A stretch of DNA of 64,000 nucleotides from IMGVR_UViG_3300011934_000017:156238-220237, one strand, 5' to 3'; positions 44,926 through 54,919 are shown, counted from the stretch's first letter. The notes: generated by a model not told the origin, from the sequence alone. Program-made: numbers and translations.

Positions 44926-47900
44926 ATGGGTAAACCGAAACACGTTAGTCTTCCTTACAAGTATTCACCTTCTTATAGAGACGTACAAAATGACTTCGGA
45001 TATGTTCAATTAGCCAAACACCAAACCAAGAAGACCGATAAGAAGATTCTAATCGTATTAGACTATGTGCCTACAGAAGACCTGGCTTCAGGTAGATTGC
45101 TTTCTGGTGCTACAGGTTCCTTACTGAAAAGAATCGATCAAGTCACTTCCCAGTACTATGGAAGCAAGTATAAGATCAATGATCATAATTGGCTCGCTGT
45201 TACGTTCCATACGTTTAAGACAATAGGTCAGTCGGATGCTTTTCGTGAAGGTGCAAAGAAAGAGTTTAAAAATAGGCTTCAGCACATCATTTTAAAGTAC
45301 AAGCCGGATGTTGTACTTACGTTTGGTCCTGATCCTTACAAAGCTTTGAATGCAAGCAAGATAAGCAAATACAACGGAAAGATGCAGCATTTGTTTGGTG
45401 TGCCTATTCCTACAAAGATTAAAAGTAAAAACAAAGAACACAAGTTTAAGCACGTTCCTTCACTGAGTCTGAACACTCTGGTAAACGATCAAGGCAAAGG
45501 CAGCGAGATGGCTTTGACCGGCTACGTTGCACGTAATCTGCTAACGGCTGTAGAAGGCGATCTTCGATATAGAATACCAAAGCGTCCTGAGTATAGCACC
45601 GTTCTTGTTGATACCGTAGAAAAATTCGACAAGATGCTAAAACTCATGGCTCGATCCAAGTATGTTGCTATTGATACAGAGACCGAGAATCTAAATCGTC
45701 GCGCCAACAAAATGCTTACGCTCCAGTTTGCAGCCAGTACCAAGCGCGCCTTTGTATTACCGTTTTTGCATAAAGACAGTCCATTTACAGCAAAAGAGCT
45801 TCAGTACATACGAAAAAAGCTCCGCAAGTATTTTGAGTCAAAGAACAACAACACGTACCAAATATATGCCAACGCCACTTTCGATCTAACCGTACTGCGT
45901 AACGCCTTAGACATTCGTTTCTTCAAAGCAAGTATCTGGGACCTGTTCGCTGCCGAATTTGCCTTAGATGAAAACATGAAGTTTCTTAGCGGTGTCACAG
46001 GTCACTATTACTACAGCCTGTTGAACCTGAGTATGCAATACGGTTGTACGGCATACTATGAGGCAGAGTTTGGTAAAGAGAATCGTAAGACCATTTCGAC
46101 GGCAGACCTGAACGATGCCTTGCTTGAATACTGTTCGCTAGACGTTGTGATTCCTCTCCATATTATGAGAGAACAGATGCAACGTGCCGTTGACATAGGC
46201 TATGATAAGTTTGAGTCTGTGGTTGCCGAACAAATAAGTGATATGCTCCACACGTTCTCCACACTTGAGTACAACGGTGCATACACTGACATTGACTACC
46301 TGTTCTACTTGATGACAAAAGACAGTCCGATCCATGGTGAGATTTTGAAGATCATGGATCGCCTGAAAGAGACGAAAGGCGTTAAGAAAGCCAATCAGTT
46401 ATTGAGCAAAAGCAAAGGCGTACCTACTGTCGGTCTTTGGGGTAAGTCCGATGTTGATATGTTTAATATTAGCAAGCAAGACCATCAGCGTCTTTTGTTC
46501 TTTGATGTGTTGAAACTGAAACCTATTCAAGTAGGTAAAGCAGGTCATGGTAAGATAGATAAGACGTTCCAAGCTAAGTATAGCGACGTAGAAGAGGTAA
46601 AGCTATACACAGAACTTCAGAAAGCCAAGAAGCTTTTCAACGCCTATGTTAAGTCCTTCATTAAGAACTGGGGTGTGGATGAAGATATGCGTTTCGATAG
46701 ACGCATTCGTCCTCACTTTAAGTTTCTTGACGTTGTAACAGGTCGTACTTCAGCACAAAAACCTTCGCTTCACCAGATACCTTCACGTTCCGAGCTTGGT
46801 AAGCACATTAAGCGCCTCTTCATAACAGAAGAAGGCCGCATAATGATCAAGGTCGATTACTCTGCTCACGAGGTTCGCTGTTGGAGTCTGTTCACAGGCG
46901 ATAAAGATGTAGCAGGTCTTTTCGATAATGGTCGCCAGTTGCGTAGTGACTTCAAGCTCGCTCCTGATGCTGATCTTCTCAAAAGAGTAGAACTTGAAGG
47001 TGACGTTCACAAGATAAATGCCAGCTACTTCTTCGGTGTTCCCATCGATCAAGTAGACAAGAAAACACGTAACGCCGTAAAGACAGTAATATTCGGTTTG
47101 ATTTATCAGCAAGGTATCAAAGGTCTTGCAAAATCTACAGGTCAGACCATAGAAGCAATGGAAAAACTGACTAAAGAGTTCAAGAAGAAATATCCTGTAG
47201 GTGTTTCTTGGTTCGACGACATTAAGCAGTTTGCTCGTGAGCACCTGTATGTTGAATCGCCACTTGGTCGTCGTCGTCATGTTTGGGGCCTGTTGATTCC
47301 TGATGATGCTAAAAACGCCGACTCCTGTATTGCACGTAATGAACGTCAAAGCGTTAACAGTCCCATTCAAGGCATGGGTTCTGACTTCTTGATTAATGGA
47401 AGCCGCCAGATTGAACGTCTGAAGTATGATCACTTCGAAGCATCAGGTCACTATCCTGATTTCTACCAAGCAAACTCAGTGCATGACTCCATCATCTTCA
47501 GTTGCGCTAAGGAAGATTTATGGCTTGCTATTCGCATCATTGAAGAGGGACTCACCTCTGCCGTTAGCGATGTATCCAAGAAACGTCATGATATGGACTT
47601 TGTTGTGCCTCTTGAGATTGATTTTGAAATTGGTAGTAACGAGCGAGACGTTGAAGGTTGGGACTATAGCATCGAAAGCCTTGAGCGTATCATGCGAGGT
47701 ACGTTAAAGACACAGAAAGAATGGGGTCACAATGTCGATGTTGAAAAAGACTTACATAGCTCGGTATTCGGACATTATGAAGATATGCCAGAGTGGGCAC
47801 AAAAGCAAGCTTGGAACTACAAGCTCAAGCTCAGAGGCATGAAGAAAGATCCTAGAAGTAAGAAAGAAAAGCGCCTTGCTGTGCCTGAGCATTCTGATAG

Positions 47901-47928
47901 CTTTTCTTCCGTTAAACGTGTCGCTTAG
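44926..47928 (+). CDS. polA: Family A DNA polymerase with N-terminal UDG-like domain and 3'-5' exonuclease
   Basis: Exo motifs IDTET, NATFD, YCSLD; Pol motifs TGR, DYSAHEVR, RNAVKTVIFGLIY, VHDS; N-terminal ILIVLD...LLSGATG...PDVVLTFG resembling UDG family 4; TGTAAATA at 44883-44890. Confidence 0.92.
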   Translation: MGKPKHVSLPYKYSPSYRDVQNDFGYVQLAKHQTKKTDKKILIVLDYVPTEDLASGRLLSGATGSLLKRIDQVTSQYYGSKYKINDHNWLAVTFHTFKTIGQSDAFREGAKKEFKNRLQHIILKYKPDVVLTFGPDPYKALNASKISKYNGKMQHLFGVPIPTKIKSKNKEHKFKHVPSLSLNTLVNDQGKGSEMALTGYVARNLLTAVEGDLRYRIPKRPEYSTVLVDTVEKFDKMLKLMARSKYVAIDTETENLNRRANKMLTLQFAASTKRAFVLPFLHKDSPFTAKELQYIRKKLRKYFESKNNNTYQIYANATFDLTVLRNALDIRFFKASIWDLFAAEFALDENMKFLSGVTGHYYYSLLNLSMQYGCTAYYEAEFGKENRKTISTADLNDALLEYCSLDVVIPLHIMREQMQRAVDIGYDKFESVVAEQISDMLHTFSTLEYNGAYTDIDYLFYLMTKDSPIHGEILKIMDRLKETKGVKKANQLLSKSKGVPTVGLWGKSDVDMFNISKQDHQRLLFFDVLKLKPIQVGKAGHGKIDKTFQAKYSDVEEVKLYTELQKAKKLFNAYVKSFIKNWGVDEDMRFDRRIRPHFKFLDVVTGRTSAQKPSLHQIPSRSELGKHIKRLFITEEGRIMIKVDYSAHEVRCWSLFTGDKDVAGLFDNGRQLRSDFKLAPDADLLKRVELEGDVHKINASYFFGVPIDQVDKKTRNAVKTVIFGLIYQQGIKGLAKSTGQTIEAMEKLTKEFKKKYPVGVSWFDDIKQFAREHLYVESPLGRRRHVWGLLIPDDAKNADSCIARNERQSVNSPIQGMGSDFLINGSRQIERLKYDHFEASGHYPDFYQANSVHDSIIFSCAKEDLWLAIRIIEEGLTSAVSDVSKKRHDMDFVVPLEIDFEIGSNERDVEGWDYSIESLERIMRGTLKTQKEWGHNVDVEKDLHSSVFGHYEDMPEWAQKQAWNYKLKLRGMKKDPRSKKEKRLAVPEHSDSFSSVKRVA

Positions 47929-47939
47929 GAGGAGCCACT

Positions 47940-48323
47940 ATGTCAGGTATAAAATTCGAACTGATCGTAAACGCAGAGCTAGATAGGCAATTAAAAGGAA
48001 CCGATGTTTATGAATCCGAGCTTTACGATGTACTGACTGCAATCCCTAGGGATTGTTTGGAAGAATGCGCGTATAGTATGCCAGATGACGTTCCTGTGCT
48101 GGACCTTTTGCTGCTAGAGAAATTTTTATACACGTTGGAAAACACTGTAAATAAACTTCTAAGAGAGAGTGATTTGAATACGAGAGCCTTGGTTCTTTGC
48201 TTTCACTTACCACAATCTTCTCCCCCTGTTTTAAGCTTCTTTTTGTTCCCATTTATTTCGGAACAAATGATTTCTGAGACCCGAGTTATCTGTCCCTTCA
48301 GCAACCAAACTGTATATCATTAA
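47940..48323 (+). CDS. Hypothetical protein
   Basis: AGGAGG RBS, between polymerase and clamp. Confidence 0.7.
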   Translation: MSGIKFELIVNAELDRQLKGTDVYESELYDVLTAIPRDCLEECAYSMPDDVPVLDLLLLEKFLYTLENTVNKLLRESDLNTRALVLCFHLPQSSPPVLSFFLFPFISEQMISETRVICPFSNQTVYH

Positions 48324-48332
48324 GGATTCGCA

Positions 48333-49523
48333 ATGTTTCACAATATTAATATTGAAACCCAGACCTCATTTTCCTTTTCTTGCGACTCTAAGTCCTTAAT
48401 GAGCGCTGTTAATAAAGCCACTACTGTTTCTGCATTTTCAAACAGCGGTGAAGCAGAAAAGCACCACTTTATAATCGCTTCTTCTGGTAACCTTTTCGTT
48501 GTAGGTTATTCAACTGAGACATTTATCTGTCTTAAGGTATCTAACGTAGAAGTAGATGGTAATGGCTCTATTGGCTTTGTACCTACAATTCTACTAGGTC
48601 TTATCAAGAACAGAAAAGAATTGTCTTTTGAGTTTGATAGTGGTGTGCTGTCTATTTCGGCTGTTCAAGGCAAGTATAACGCTCGCATGAATACAATGGC
48701 TGTAACAGATGATCATACACCTCATATTGATCGCATGTTGAGAGCCAAGTCTAAAGGTGAAGGCAGCTCCATGTCCGGTACCTTGCTAGAAGAGATACGA
48801 AAGGGTGTCAAGCTCGCCGATCTTAAAGACTACTACAATGATGAACAGATTCTTTGTGCTATCCGTGTTAAGTCCGGTATGTTGGACGTTTCATCGCACG
48901 ATAACTTCCACATGGCTTACTATAAAGCCAAGGTGCCTTCAAAAGACACGTTCGAGCTGGCTATTCCTGTTACTACGTTCAAGCTACTTGACCGTTTCAT
49001 TACAGACGAAGGTGAAGATGCTGATTTCTTCCTTGACAGTAAGCATTTCCGTATTGTTGGTGCTACTTATATGGTCAGCTTGCCTCCAGTACAGGTAGAT
49101 GAAGACTACTTCGACCGCGTTCCAGGCTACGTTAAGTCTCTGAAGAATCCTATGGTAGAACTCAAGTTTGAAGGTTCTGCTATTCAAACCGTAGATAACA
49201 TGTTTACAATTTCCGACGATGACACGCGACTGTCATTGTCTGTTTCCGACAAAGGTAATGTAGGTATTTCACTGTCTACAGATAACGGTAAGATCAGCGA
49301 CGGTTTTAAATCTAAGTCTGTGAAGATTGACGGTGCCAAGAAAGTAGATTTCATGATTGATCCTCGCATCTTCGCCGACCTGTTTAGCAAGGTGCGTGAT
49401 AGAAAAGAAGTGCCTATGCGTTTGTTCAGTAAGCGAAACAAAGGCGTTAGTTCTTGCTTTATGATTTCCGCATCTTCTGGAGACTCTAAGGCTTTCCTTG
49501 TAGGTACGTACTATGAAGAGTAA
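48333..49523 (+). CDS. dnaN: DNA polymerase III beta-type sliding clamp
   Basis: 396 aa with three repeated alpha/beta domains; SHDNFHMA equivalent to ATDgHRL; DFMIDPRIFADL; clamp loader in the same window. Confidence 0.75.
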   Translation: MFHNINIETQTSFSFSCDSKSLMSAVNKATTVSAFSNSGEAEKHHFIIASSGNLFVVGYSTETFICLKVSNVEVDGNGSIGFVPTILLGLIKNRKELSFEFDSGVLSISAVQGKYNARMNTMAVTDDHTPHIDRMLRAKSKGEGSSMSGTLLEEIRKGVKLADLKDYYNDEQILCAIRVKSGMLDVSSHDNFHMAYYKAKVPSKDTFELAIPVTTFKLLDRFITDEGEDADFFLDSKHFRIVGATYMVSLPPVQVDEDYFDRVPGYVKSLKNPMVELKFEGSAIQTVDNMFTISDDDTRLSLSVSDKGNVGISLSTDNGKISDGFKSKSVKIDGAKKVDFMIDPRIFADLFSKVRDRKEVPMRLFSKRNKGVSSCFMISASSGDSKAFLVGTYYEE

Positions 49524-49956
49524 AGAAGACATTAGCTGTATACATTCTTTAGCTTCACCGTTCGAGTACAATCCCAAGTCGTTAGGTAGATTCGAATGCT
49601 TAGGACACGGTTCTCAAGGTGATTATCATATAGCCGTGTTCTTTCGAAACATTGTAGACTCTATTCTGTCCGTTAACACCAAAGTACCTATACTGACAAC
49701 AAAGCGTTCTGCAATCTATGAGCTTACGGGCGCTAAGGGTTCTGTTTATGGTATTCTAATGGTCATTGATAAGGATGCTTATTCTCTCAAAGAAACCCAT
49801 TTGACCGTTCAAGGAGACGCACCTTCTACAGGTGATTTTTCTATGCTGCCTGTGAGCGTAGATCGTTACTCCATACAAATCTATATCGACAGCGTGGATA
49901 CCCTTTTAATAAACAAGGGTACCTTAAATTCTAAACTCGTTGTGGTGGATGAATAA
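49513..49956 (+). CDS. Hypothetical protein
   Basis: Overlaps both neighbours. Confidence 0.7.
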   Translation: MKSKEDISCIHSLASPFEYNPKSLGRFECLGHGSQGDYHIAVFFRNIVDSILSVNTKVPILTTKRSAIYELTGAKGSVYGILMVIDKDAYSLKETHLTVQGDAPSTGDFSMLPVSVDRYSIQIYIDSVDTLLINKGTLNSKLVVVDE

Positions 49957-50498
49957 TGCCAGATAAACACGACTTACTTAAAATCAAGCGTATCATTGCC
50001 AAGGATAAGCGAGTAGGAAAACTGGACGATGCGTTTCAGGAGCTTTCGGAGTTCAATCTCCCTATTCGGGATATGTACGAAGAGATTGAGCGTATCCACA
50101 TGACTAGGAAGACAAGGCATTTGGATAAATCAAGCGACACGTTCGTTCAAGACGTAATTGAAGGTATGCTTAACGATCAGGCTAATCGTTCGAGGCTTAC
50201 CGAGATTCTGATGACCTGTCTTCATGCTAAACGTAATCTATCTTCTTCCTTGGAAAGCCTCCAAGGTTACATAATGATTGAATACTCGGCGCAGCTTAGC
50301 ACCATCAGGACAAAAGGCGAAAGAGTTAATTTCATTGAACATCATGTTTTTAGTAAATACCACAAATACATCGACCGCGTTACTCGCATCAAAGAAGCGG
50401 CAGAGCTGGTAACCACTGATATTGATAAAGCTGGTTACATGTACAAAGGTCTTATTGAGGCCGTCAAGCTTGCTGCGGGTCGTCGTGAGGTAATGTAA
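49956..50498 (+). CDS. Helical protein, possibly UvsY-like recombination mediator
   Basis: All-helical; C-terminal DIDKAGYMYKGLIEAVKL resembles the UvsY end; close to an SF2 helicase. Confidence 0.45.
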   Translation: MPDKHDLLKIKRIIAKDKRVGKLDDAFQELSEFNLPIRDMYEEIERIHMTRKTRHLDKSSDTFVQDVIEGMLNDQANRSRLTEILMTCLHAKRNLSSSLESLQGYIMIEYSAQLSTIRTKGERVNFIEHHVFSKYHKYIDRVTRIKEAAELVTTDIDKAGYMYKGLIEAVKLAAGRREVM

Positions 50499-50516
50499 TC
50501 AAAAGAGGATTTAGTA

Positions 50517-50765
50517 ATGCTTTCCGTTATTCCTGTTGAAAAATTTGAGGAAACCTATTTCTCCTTAGTTTACGAAGGTCTTGAGAACTACCTAACCTTC
50601 GACTCTTCTGGTCTTATCATTGATATACCTTCAAACGAATTTGATTTCTTGGACTTCACAAACAAGCTACGCAGAAGAAACCTAAAGCCTTTCAATATAT
50701 CGTATAGACAAGACTCTGTACGTGGTTACCTATGCTTTGCTGATACTGTAAATGATTCAGCGTAG
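50517..50765 (+). CDS. Hypothetical protein
   Basis: GAGGA RBS; 82 aa. Confidence 0.65.
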   Translation: MLSVIPVEKFEETYFSLVYEGLENYLTFDSSGLIIDIPSNEFDFLDFTNKLRRRNLKPFNISYRQDSVRGYLCFADTVNDSA

Positions 50766-50784
50766 AATACTCTAGGAGTCTAAA

Positions 50785-52452
50785 GTGGCTAAGCCTAAGT
50801 ACGACGAGTCCACTATCGTGGTCCGTGATAAGCTATACATTCCTGCTGAGACCATCGACGTTGAACATGTGAGCGATACCTACACGCATTACATGTATGA
50901 AAATAACGTTTGCGCTCGGTGTCCTAATCGACCTATGCGCCACAATTTTGAATGTGACCAGTGTGAGGCATTTAAGGGAGCAATCAGTACCAGCAGTACC
51001 GTGTATAAAAACGGAATCGAATACGTAGGTTTGCCTCTCGGTGACAGGCTGAATTTCGAAAAGAAAATCGGTTTTGATCTTGATGAATACGATATTATAG
51101 ACAAGCGCGTTAAAAAGAAGTTCGATTATCCTATTAAGATGAAGAAAAGCTTTAAACTGCGTGATTACCAAGAAGAGGCGGTAGAAAGCTGGTGGGATTA
51201 CAAACACGGCCTTATAATTGCCCCACCTCGTTCTGGTAAGACACCTACATTGCTCCATCTGTTCATTCGCATTGGCTTCAGAGCTATACTGTTGGCGAAT
51301 CAGCATGAATTTCTTCAACAGTTTGTTGATCACATCGAAGAGCTTACCAATCTTCCTGAGCTTGAAAAGAAAACAGGTAAAAAGCTATACGGCTTCCCTA
51401 AGAAAGACGAAGACTTTGACACGCTTCAGATAGCCGTTTGTACTTATCAGCAATTCACCAGCGCTACACGAGGTAGTGAACGTTATAAGCGAGCAACTAA
51501 AAACTTCGGTACTGTAGGTGTTGATGAAGCCCATCGATCTGCATCTAATGAGTTTGCCCGCGTCTTAAACCGATGGCCTTCTCGTGTAAAAGTCGGTGTG
51601 ACAGGTACTGACAAGCGCAAAGACGGTCGCCACAAGATCCTTTATGAGATTGTAGGTCCTGCACACACTAGGGTCGAAATTGATCAGCTTCAACCAAAAG
51701 TCACTGTCCACATTTGTGACTATGTTAAGTCACGCGCCGCTTATCGTGGACCTGCTGGTTTTGTATACGCCTGTAAGTTCTTGGCTAATCATAAGAAGCG
51801 TATGGATGACATTCTCACTTTCGTCCTCAAGGATTTAGAAAAAGGCCATAGTATTGTTATTCCTGTGCATTTTCGTGATCATGTTTGGGACTTAGTGAAA
51901 CGTATCAACGATCTTGCTGGCAGTAATGTCGCTGAAGGTTTCGTGGGCGGAAACGGTAAGAAAAACAAAGAGCAACGTGAAGGTATACTAGAAAGAGCCA
52001 AGAACGGTAAGACCCGTGTCGTAGTAGGTATTCGAAGCATAATACAGCTTGGCCTAAACATTCCTCGTTGGTCTTGCTTGTATTACATAATGCCTATGAA
52101 CAACGAGTCCAACTGGAAACAAGAATCATCACGTATTCTTACACCGATGGAAGGTAAGAGACAGCCTTTGATTCGCATGTTTGTCGATCCTAACATCGGA
52201 CTATCACTTGGTTGTTTCGTAGGCACGTATAGAACGTCCATGAAATTTAAGCACTCTCCTACTGAGATTGCTAGAGAACGTGCAGGTGAAATGTTTGAGC
52301 TTCAAGGTGCAGGAAGACGCTCTGCCGAAGATCATGGAATAGACATAGACTATGAGGCAGATGACAACTATAGTGCCAAACCTAAGAAGACAAAGAAAGC
52401 CGAATCGCGCTTGAAGAACGATAAGGCACCTAAGGGATTGTTTGGTAAGTGA
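50785..52452 (+). CDS. Superfamily 2 DNA helicase (UvsW/XPB-like) with N-terminal Cys cluster
   Basis: LRDYQ, APPRSGKT, VDEAH, TGT, GLNIP; CARC...CDQC; AGGAG RBS before GTG. Confidence 0.9.
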   Translation: MAKPKYDESTIVVRDKLYIPAETIDVEHVSDTYTHYMYENNVCARCPNRPMRHNFECDQCEAFKGAISTSSTVYKNGIEYVGLPLGDRLNFEKKIGFDLDEYDIIDKRVKKKFDYPIKMKKSFKLRDYQEEAVESWWDYKHGLIIAPPRSGKTPTLLHLFIRIGFRAILLANQHEFLQQFVDHIEELTNLPELEKKTGKKLYGFPKKDEDFDTLQIAVCTYQQFTSATRGSERYKRATKNFGTVGVDEAHRSASNEFARVLNRWPSRVKVGVTGTDKRKDGRHKILYEIVGPAHTRVEIDQLQPKVTVHICDYVKSRAAYRGPAGFVYACKFLANHKKRMDDILTFVLKDLEKGHSIVIPVHFRDHVWDLVKRINDLAGSNVAEGFVGGNGKKNKEQREGILERAKNGKTRVVVGIRSIIQLGLNIPRWSCLYYIMPMNNESNWKQESSRILTPMEGKRQPLIRMFVDPNIGLSLGCFVGTYRTSMKFKHSPTEIARERAGEMFELQGAGRRSAEDHGIDIDYEADDNYSAKPKKTKKAESRLKNDKAPKGLFGK

Positions 52453-52513
52453 TTTTACTACCAATATCGCCTCTTTAACTGTAAATACACTGTATATTTT
52501 AATCGAGGCGCGT

Positions 52514-53173
52514 ATGGCTCCAAAAGCTTTAGATACTCCAGCATTACGATTTAAGTTTGAAGGTAAACGTCAACGTATTATGAAGTCGCGTGGTGCTGAC
52601 GGTGTACTATTTTCAGGAAGTAGAAATTCATTCGAGTTTGATGTTGCGGCAGTAAGAATTAAGCCTGATATTCCGGGTATCGTTGTTCGAGGCATATCTG
52701 TTAAAAAGCAAGCACGTCATTTAGCTACCTTGTTTCGAAATCCTTTACGTGGTCATCCTATTATTGGTATTGGTAGCTTTCCTTCTGACTTACGTGCAAG
52801 AATGTTGGCCTTAAATATCATGGAACGTGCAATAGCAGTGCAAGATATGGCCAAGAGAGGTCGTTTAGCGATTCGTGACTATCCTCTTTGGCACAAAGTA
52901 TACGGTGGTCTCGGTGATCCTCTTCGTGACAAAGGACTGCCTGATAACCCAAGTATGCTAATTATATCCAACGTCGATATAGACAGCACTGCTTTCAAGA
53001 TAGAAAAAGTCCGCGACATTCTTGAAAAGAACACTCACATACCTAGGGTCGTTGTTGTAAGTGGCAGCGATCCGATGACCTTCTTTGCTCGCAAGCTTCA
53101 TCTTCCTATGGACTATGGGTTTTATATTGGCGCAGACAATAGAGAAGGTAAATCAAATATCCTAGACATATAA
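52514..53173 (+). CDS. Degenerate P-loop protein, possibly DnaC/IstB-like helicase loader
   Basis: MLIISNVD...STAFKIEKVRDILE...PRVVVVSG fits the DnaC-like C-terminal half, with no intact Walker A; TGTAAATA at 52480-52487, GAGG RBS. Confidence 0.45.
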   Translation: MAPKALDTPALRFKFEGKRQRIMKSRGADGVLFSGSRNSFEFDVAAVRIKPDIPGIVVRGISVKKQARHLATLFRNPLRGHPIIGIGSFPSDLRARMLALNIMERAIAVQDMAKRGRLAIRDYPLWHKVYGGLGDPLRDKGLPDNPSMLIISNVDIDSTAFKIEKVRDILEKNTHIPRVVVVSGSDPMTFFARKLHLPMDYGFYIGADNREGKSNILDI

Positions 53174-53182
53174 GGCAGTACC

Positions 53183-53722
53183 ATGAATCCTCTACGACAA
53201 TTAATTAACTCTCTATTACCAAAGTCAAAAGCTTATAGAAATTCAGGAATTGAATCTTTAGACAAAGCTACAGCTCAGGCAGTTGTGTCTATCCTGCACA
53301 GTCTGGAAAGTGACACACTCCAACTTTTAAGCGAACACTGGATTTCTAATCAGTCTCGAATTATTTCTCCGCACAACAGTGATATTAAATTCTTCCACCT
53401 AAGTTATGAAAGACCTTCAGGGTTTAACGCCGTTTTTAGCGCCCATCTGCGCTTAACTCTGATATGCAAAAAAGATGGAGTTGTTGATGACGCTCTTCAT
53501 AGTTGGATAAAAAAGTTTTTCTCTGTACAACAAAACCTTTCTAATCCTGCCTATCTTCAGGAGCTGAAGCTGTCTTCCGATCGCCTGATCGGTGTGTTTC
53601 CAGAGAGCAGGCAAGTTGACACTTTGACCGTTCATTCTGATCTTGAAGGACATTTAGTTACACGACCTACCGGAATCGTCACGTGGAGCCTTTTATGCGA
53701 TCTAGTGAAGACACACAGATAG
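53183..53722 (+). CDS. Hypothetical protein
   Basis: AAGG RBS; 179 aa. Confidence 0.65.
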   Translation: MNPLRQLINSLLPKSKAYRNSGIESLDKATAQAVVSILHSLESDTLQLLSEHWISNQSRIISPHNSDIKFFHLSYERPSGFNAVFSAHLRLTLICKKDGVVDDALHSWIKKFFSVQQNLSNPAYLQELKLSSDRLIGVFPESRQVDTLTVHSDLEGHLVTRPTGIVTWSLLCDLVKTHR

Positions 53723-54120
53723 ACTGTTTAGCTATAATAGGTTCCCGTTCTTTGGATCCTAAATCTAACGTTCAAAGCGACCAAGCTAAACGCAACAAGA
53801 AGAGAGCATTCAAACTGCTGGACAACATTCACGCACGGCGTCCTGTGTTGAGCGTAGTCTCAGGAGGCGGGCAAGGACCAGACCAGTGGGGAGAAGAGTG
53901 GGCTAATCTCAATTCTATTCCTTGTTGGGTTATCTATCCTGAATGGGACAAGTACGGAAGAGCAGCAGGTTTTATTCGAAACAGTGATATCATAAATGCC
54001 GGTACTAGAGTTATTGCTTTTTGGGATGGGACTTCTAAAGGTACGTCCGATTCTTTATCAAAAGCAAGGCAATTAAAGCTGCCTAGAAAGGTCATTATAA
54101 TGCAAGCACCACTAAACTAA
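53695..54120 (+). CDS. SLOG-superfamily (YspA/DUF2493-like) protein
   Basis: AIIGSR, VVSGGGQGPD, WDKYGRAAGFIRN, AFWDGTSKGT. Confidence 0.85.
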   Translation: MRSSEDTQIDCLAIIGSRSLDPKSNVQSDQAKRNKKRAFKLLDNIHARRPVLSVVSGGGQGPDQWGEEWANLNSIPCWVIYPEWDKYGRAAGFIRNSDIINAGTRVIAFWDGTSKGTSDSLSKARQLKLPRKVIIMQAPLN

Positions 54121-54132
54121 GGAAGCTACACG

Positions 54133-54909
54133 ATGAACACTTCTCTTGCTGTAATTGATGATTATAATCCTGAAACGGAAATTCATCTTTCATTTAAGCT
54201 AAGTGAAGCCACACGTCAAGAAAAGGAGTTGAAAGAGAGAGTCGATACTCTGCATCAAGGCATGGAAAAGGTAGGTACTTCGTATCGTTCTTATTTTCCG
54301 AATATGTTACACATACTATTCGAGTTGGACGAGGCTATTCGGGAAACAGAAGCCCAGCTATTCGACTTAAATTCCGATGAAAATGAGTCTGAAGAGCAAC
54401 CGTTCAGTTCCGAGCTTCCTGAGCCAGACAAGAAAACTAAAAAGCAAACAGGCAAAGCCATTAGAGAGTCTTACGGTAAGATAAGTAAGCTATGTCATCC
54501 AGATAAAACTTCGAACCGAAGTGAAAGTATGAGGATACGATTGAAAGACCTTTTTATCGCGGCTCGACAAGCTTACAAGGATAAAGACATAGACACCTTG
54601 CTCGATATTGAAGCTACAGTGACGTTGCTTTTAAGTGGAAGAACGGAGCAGCAGGTTAAAGTCGATAAGAAGAAAAGGCTGGAGCACCTACAAAGTCGCA
54701 TAAACTCTTTGTACTTCCAACTTGAAGACGTAAAAACCTCTCCTATTTATTTCGTGTATGATTTTGATAGAAAAGGAGATAAGTTGAATGCAAAGTCCAT
54801 TTATGCACAAGTGTTGGAATTTAACATTCAACAAAAACGTAGAGCGCTTCATGATCTAAAAGGTCGCATACACTCCAAGCAAAATGACCAATACTGGTCA
54901 ACAATCTAA
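54133..54909 (+). CDS. J-domain (DnaJ-like) coiled-coil protein
   Basis: IRESYGKISKLCHPDK...LFIAARQAY with HPD motif. Confidence 0.8.
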   Translation: MNTSLAVIDDYNPETEIHLSFKLSEATRQEKELKERVDTLHQGMEKVGTSYRSYFPNMLHILFELDEAIRETEAQLFDLNSDENESEEQPFSSELPEPDKKTKKQTGKAIRESYGKISKLCHPDKTSNRSESMRIRLKDLFIAARQAYKDKDIDTLLDIEATVTLLLSGRTEQQVKVDKKKRLEHLQSRINSLYFQLEDVKTSPIYFVYDFDRKGDKLNAKSIYAQVLEFNIQQKRRALHDLKGRIHSKQNDQYWSTI

Positions 54910-54919
54910 AGAGGACAAC

